A model generated the notes under the pieces. It did not search any database, was not told the origin of the DNA, and was given only the letters and a program-made list of their open reading frames with translations. DNA of 64,000 nucleotides from Prorocentrum cordatum (lineage: Eukaryota): positions 1 to 64,000 of the forward strand of contig CAUYUJ010000197.1 in NCBI GenBank assembly GCA_963575745.1, in the 5' to 3' direction. The translations under genes were made by a program, and so were the position numbers. Positions 58,704-64,000 of this stretch are shown piece after piece (positions within the stretch are counted from its first letter, which is position 1; every line of letters starts with the position of its first letter).

Positions 58704-59261
58704 GTGCCAGACGACAGGGCCTTTGGCGGCGGGTGCGGCCTGGCAGCCTTGCGGATGCCATCGCTGGCACGCACAAGCAGCGCCTGGCAGTCCGCCACCG
58801 GGATGCCCAACGAAGGCGCAGGCGACCCGCTCGTCGGAGACGCCGACGATGTCAGCCTGGCCCAGCTCGCAGGACACGACAAGTGGTCGAAGGTGTCGAC
58901 CTTGCTTGGGGAGATCGGCACCCAGATGCGCATCCACAGGGAGAAGACGAACGTATCCACAGTAGAGGCCCATGCCAAGAAGCACCCTGCTTGCCTCCAG
59001 GGTGCCCTGGGTTTCTTGGGTTTCGATGGTTTTGCTATGGAGAGCGTGTCGCTCCCACACCAAGAATCCATGGACGTCCTGGGGTCTCAGGGTTGGGTTT
59101 CTTGTGGAAGGTTTCTTGTGGTCGGGCGTCCACTGCAGCCAGCGCACGCGCAGGGCAACCGCAGTTCGCCGTCACCCTGCGGTCGCAGCGAGGCGACCAT
59201 CCACGGGGCCAGCGGCGGGGCCTGGGCGCGAGCGGAATCTATCGAGCCCAGGGTGGCTTGA
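58704..59261 (+). pseudogene. Coding-like repeated fragment, unidentified
   Basis: Open, non-repetitive frame. Its 3' part (~58965-59125) has an inverted diverged copy at ~26405-26565 that keeps AHAKKHPACLQGALG. Confidence 0.3.
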
Positions 59262-60349
59262 GCGGAGGATGAGGAGGAGGAATTAGGAATGGCCGGAGGA
59301 GTGAGACGACGATGAGTAGATGGAGGAGGCGGATCATAACTACGAGGAGGAGTAGAAGGAAGATGGCGACGTGAAGGGGGAGGAGAAGGAGGAGGAGGAG
59401 GCGGAGCAGGAGAAGGTGGATCACAACCAGGAGGAACATAAGGCTTATGACGGTGAGTGGGAGGGGATGGACAGGAGGAGGAGTAGGAGGAAGATGAGGA
59501 GGAGGAGGAGGAGGAGGGGACGGAGGGGCAGGTGGGGGAGAGTGACAAGAAAGGGGGGACGTGGAGTATGTGGCCCACGGTTCGCGGCAAGCACAATTGC
59601 ACGCGCGCGCTGGATGTTGCATCGATGTTTCCAGATTTGAGTGCGTGCGCACGCGCGTGCGTTCACGTCCGAGACGGAGGGTGTGTCACGGGGCCAGGCA
59701 AAGTAATTGCACGCGGGAGTGTGCGGGGTGCATGCGGAAGTGGTTCCTTCGGATCCTTCTCCCTAGCCCTTTCAGGGCACACGTTGGCTGCAGCCACCAA
59801 TTCGACCAGCCCGTTGCGACCTCCCCCTCCTCCTCCTCCTCCTCCCCCTCCTCCTCCTCCTCCTCCTCCTTCTCCTCCTCCTCCTCCTCCTCCTCCTTCT
59901 CTTCAGACTGGGTCCCGGGCGACCCCCCCGCTGTCTCGCCCGTGGGCCCTCTCGCCCGTGGGCCCGCCGTGCTTGGTTCCTCCTAGGGTGGGCCCGCCCG
60001 AGCGCAGCCGGGAGGACCTTGCATCTTGCTGCCGGTTGCCAGCGCGAGTGGCAGACACGAGCGTGGCGAGGGCGACAGGAGGAGAGGATGTTGAGCTTAA
60101 CGGGGTGTGAACACGACCCAGCCACATTACGCATCCCGACGGCCCTGGCACTGGATAGTAGGATACAAGTGCAGTGCGTCGTGAATCATGTTCCGAAGCG
60201 ATGGCTCTCATGTGTGTAACCTGCTGGAGGCATGGTGAGAGATTCGGGCAGGATTCTCAGAGATAGTATTTACATACAGGGCACAAGCTAGAGCAACATG
60301 AGAAACATACATAACACATTCCAGCGTGCGACCGAAAAGGAGGCCTGAC

Positions 60350-61110
60350 CATGGCCCCCACAGTCACGGATAAGAGTGAGGGCGCGGGGGGGAGAGTCGT
60401 CGGCAGTCTGCGAGGTTCGAAAGGAAATTTGATGAAGCCCGCCGCAGGCGCCGATGATCAGTCAACGCAATGTGGGTGAGTCTCGGGCGGGTCGCGGTTG
60501 GGTCGCTGGTGGGTCGTGGGTGGGTCGCGGGTGGGTCTCGGGTGATTTGCGGGCGCATCGCGGGTGTGTGGAGGGACGGTCGCGGGCGAGGTTGACGACA
60601 GCAACACAGCAGCAAGAGTCCGCACCGCGGATCCCCCCTTCAGCCACGCACACAGGGACAGCGTAAAGCCGATCGACCCCTTCACTCGGACTATTGTAAA
60701 GCATGCGTTTGTGTACATCAACATGTGTATGCCATGGCCCCCGTAGTTGCGGTTGAGAGTGAGGGGGCGGGGGGGGAGTGTCGTCGGCAGTCTCTGAGCC
60801 TCGACAAGACATCTGATGTAGACCGCCGAAGGCGCCGATTTTTCCGCATAATGCAGCGAGCCCGCCGCAGGTGTTGATTTTTGGTCAACGCAGCATTTGT
60901 GACACACGGGTGGGTTGCGGGTGGGTTGATGGCGGGTAGTTGTTGGGTCGTGGTTGGGTCGCGGGTGGGCCGTGGGTGGGTCTCGGGTGAGTCGCGGGCG
61001 CATCGCGGGTGGGTGGAGGGCCGGTCGTGGACGAGAACGACGACAGCAACACACCAGCAGCACGAATCCGCGCCGCCGCTCCCCCCTTGAGCCACGCGCC
61101 CAGGGACGGT
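60350..61110. repeat. Direct duplication of a ~310-380-bp unit
   Basis: CCATGGCCCCC..GAGTGAGGG..GTCGTCGGCAGTCT..GGGCGCATCGCGGGT occurs at ~60350-60655 and ~60732-61110. Confidence 0.8.
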
Positions 61111-64000
61111 GCAAAACCTTTCGGCACCCGTCAGACTGATAGACATAGCGGGAGATATTTCCCCCCACGATGCTTGCACTGAGGGCTTCTCAATTGGGTG
61201 TATGTGCCAGTGAGAGACCGTACCCTGTATATATAGACTTACGGCATATTGAAAACGAGCTTGTACGTAAACGTATCAGAGTGAGGGGACCGAATCGTCT
61301 TACACGATCCCTGGGTGCGTGGGTGAAAGGGGATTAAGTTGCCCGGGTTATGCTTGTTTGTTGTTTGTTGCGGTTGTGCTCACACCCGGACAAAATTATC
61401 GTTGGTCCTTCTTGTGACTTGCGTGTATCTGTTTCTGATTGAAATGCCCCTTCCCCAGTCTCGGACTTGGTATCTTACCAGTCAAAGTCTTGGATCCCCT
61501 AACTATTCGGTCGGCCCCCGGTTTACAACAACAGCGGCTATTTTCCCCAGATTCGCGCTCTCGCGTCGGACTTCGTCGCAACTCATGCAGGCGCCGAGCC
61601 CTCGACACTCAGGAATCACGCCTTCGTTCTGGACTTCCTCACGATTTCCTTGGAGATCGTGCCATCGCTAGAGGCATCTCGAGCTTCCTGCAGGGCTGAC
61701 GCTTCAGCGACCCGCCCGGTCAACACGGCCGTGACGGCCCGCCCGGCCGACCCGTCCGTCTGGTGTTGCCGCCTGTTTTCCTGCCCTCGGCCCTCCTCCT
61801 CCTAGTCTCTCTCGTGCTCCATTCCTCTCCCCCCCCTTTGCCCCTTCCCCCCATCCCACCCTTCCCGCACTCCACTCCTCGTCACGACATTTTGGTTCCT
61901 GTCTCCCTCCTCCTCCTGTTTTCGGGGCTGCGCCGACTGCACGCGACAGGTAAGGAAGACAAACCACCAGACCACGGTGGTACGATCGAAGGCGAAGAGG
62001 GCGGGTACCGAGGGCTTGGGATATACATGCCGCTTGTCACGCGAGTAGATGAGAGCGAACAGTCTTAAAGTGATTCAACGTTCATTCCTGAAGACTAATG
62101 ATTGTTGATCCTCCCGTCTGCTGCGCATTGTGTTTGTTAATTGAAGGACCTCTCCCAGGGCTCGCACCCTGTTTCTCTTTATGGGGAGACGTCTTGAGTC
62201 TCCAGAGTGTGTCGTTGGCCCCCTAGGCGCGCGACACGCGCGCGTGGTTCTAGTATAGATGTATATATAAATACAGATACACGCATGTGTATATACATAT
62301 ACGTTATAGCTAAGGAGCGCGATAGAGATAGAGAGAGCAAGGGAGAGCAAAAGAGATAGAGAGAGAGAGAGAGGAAGAGGGAGAGAAGACGATGCTGGAG
62401 TTACGCTGGAGACCAGAGTCGTGCAAGTCAGAGCCAGGCTGGATAAGGTGAAGAACAAGCTCGGGCGTGGCCATGACGACCGACTGCTTTCGCGCGGTCA
62501 TGATGACCGACACGACCGGCAGCTTTCGCCAGGGTCAGGGGAGGAGGAAGCTAGGGGAGCGAATGGTGTCGGTGGTTCTTTTTGCATCGAACGGCGTCCG
62601 TCCTCTGTCCCGGGAGGCGGATAGGGGGCACTTGCCCTATCGCCTGCTTTACCCGCCGCGCCGCCCCGACTCAGCTCCATCGTCCCCGCCCTCTTCCACG
62701 TTCCAGCCCAAAGGTAGCCGAGCGCTTGTCCGGAGGGCCGCGCGAGAAAGCGCCGCAGGAGGAAGACCTTTCGGGCAGGCCTACCCCTGAGACATCTCTC
62801 TATCAGAGCGTTCCCTGCGGGCGCTTTCGGGAGAGGGGGGCGAAAACACCGGCAGGAGCGCAGGATGGCGTGGACAAGCCCAACTGGGCCCCCCTTGGGC
62901 TCCGAAGTTGCGCGAAAGGAAAGGTACACCTTTTCTCCTCCGCTTCCTCCTCCTCCTCCTCCTCCCGGTTTTAGTTCCCACCCCGCTCGGCGGCACCCGT
63001 TCTTTTCGGCAGCCTTTCGACAGACCCCTCACTTCGAGTTGCTCTCTCCTAGCTCCCCAGAGCGCTCTGGAAAGGCCGCGGCGCACGATGCTTCCTCTGG
63101 CCTGGCTGACTCTCAGAGGATCCAACTTTTGCCCCTGGCCGATTTCATGACCATCACGATTGCGCCCCAGGAGCCCACGAGAAAGCGCCACAAGAGGGGT
63201 GCTCTCCTCCTCCCAGTCAGCAGAAGGCCGCCGCTTCCCGCTGCCGACTCCGCCTTCCATGGTTTCTGTGCCCTCTGTCTCAAGACTTGTGGGTTGGGGT
63301 GGATGAAAAGGAGGAAAGGCATAGCGATGAGACTTAGGATGAGATCGAGCAGCAGCAGGCGGATGGGCAGAGCGAGGAGGACGAACATCACACGACGGAG
63401 GAGAAGGAAGAGGAGGAGGAGGAGGACCAGTGTAAACCCAAGGCTCGTCAATGATGTTGGGGGACACCCTCCCTCCAAGCTCCTTCTCCATAGGCCCCGT
63501 ACAAGAGTTTGCTTTCACTGAAGGAAGTGCCCCGTTGGGAGACAACCGTTTGAACAATATTTCAGCAGGGCTGCAACGCTACGAGTCAACTTTCCTGATG
63601 CGTCTTGACGGCCCTGGATCGTGCCAGAACACCATTCCTGGGACTTCAACACCGTGAATCAACGTAACTGTTGCGCCCTGACATCCCTGAATCGCTCGAG
63701 AACGCCATTCCTAGAAGCTCACCGTGAGAATTAGTGCAATTCTTGCAATTTCTTTACGAATGTGCGCGGCGCTGAGGCGAGAGGCACATCTTGACAAGGA
63801 GCTGCCTACAATCCGTGAGACTCTTGCAATATGTGTGGAAATGACTGTTGGTGGCTCTAAGGCCAGAACCACAGTTTGAAAAGGAACCGCCCTCAGTCTG
63901 TGAAGCTCTAGTCGATGTTTACAACGAATGTGCGCCCGCTCTCACTCGTGATGCTCTTGCAAAGTTATAGACGACTGCGCCTGGCGCTAAGGCGGGAGTC

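Noticed and set aside
58866..58900. AGHDKWSKV resembling the YebC/TACO1 N-terminus
   Set aside because: The similarity stops after the motif and the segment is part of a dispersed repeat.

Overview
This is GC-rich eukaryotic DNA dominated by repeats. It is almost certainly from a dinoflagellate: it carries a near-perfect DinoSL spliced-leader copy, and the reconstructed genes use GC and GA splice donors. The style suggests Prorocentrum, which is an inference only. Almost all long entries in the ORF track are artefacts of microsatellites, satellites and GC bias. Three genes can be reconstructed by hand. (1) A minus-strand PH-domain gene whose ~262 coding nt are split over 7 micro-exons across ~24 kb (8032-32166), with uncertain 5' exons. 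(2) An intronless plus-strand ORF (37547-38407) preceded by a DinoSL relic, with a coiled coil, a PAM2-like motif and a ZZ-like zinc finger. It looks retroposed into a (TCC)n tract. (3) A plus-strand, 6-exon NMT1/THI5-like (Ca3427-type PBP2) substrate-binding-fold gene (46449-51928) lacking its first exon. The two spliced genes diverge from a 100-N scaffold gap flanked by inverted (CTA)n/(TAG)n tracts. The remaining sequence holds at least three MITE families, several satellites (units of ~77, ~88, ~102 and ~153 bp), and composite satellite+microsatellite elements that share a hairpin+oligo-A tail. All exon boundaries were read by eye and need RNA-seq confirmation.
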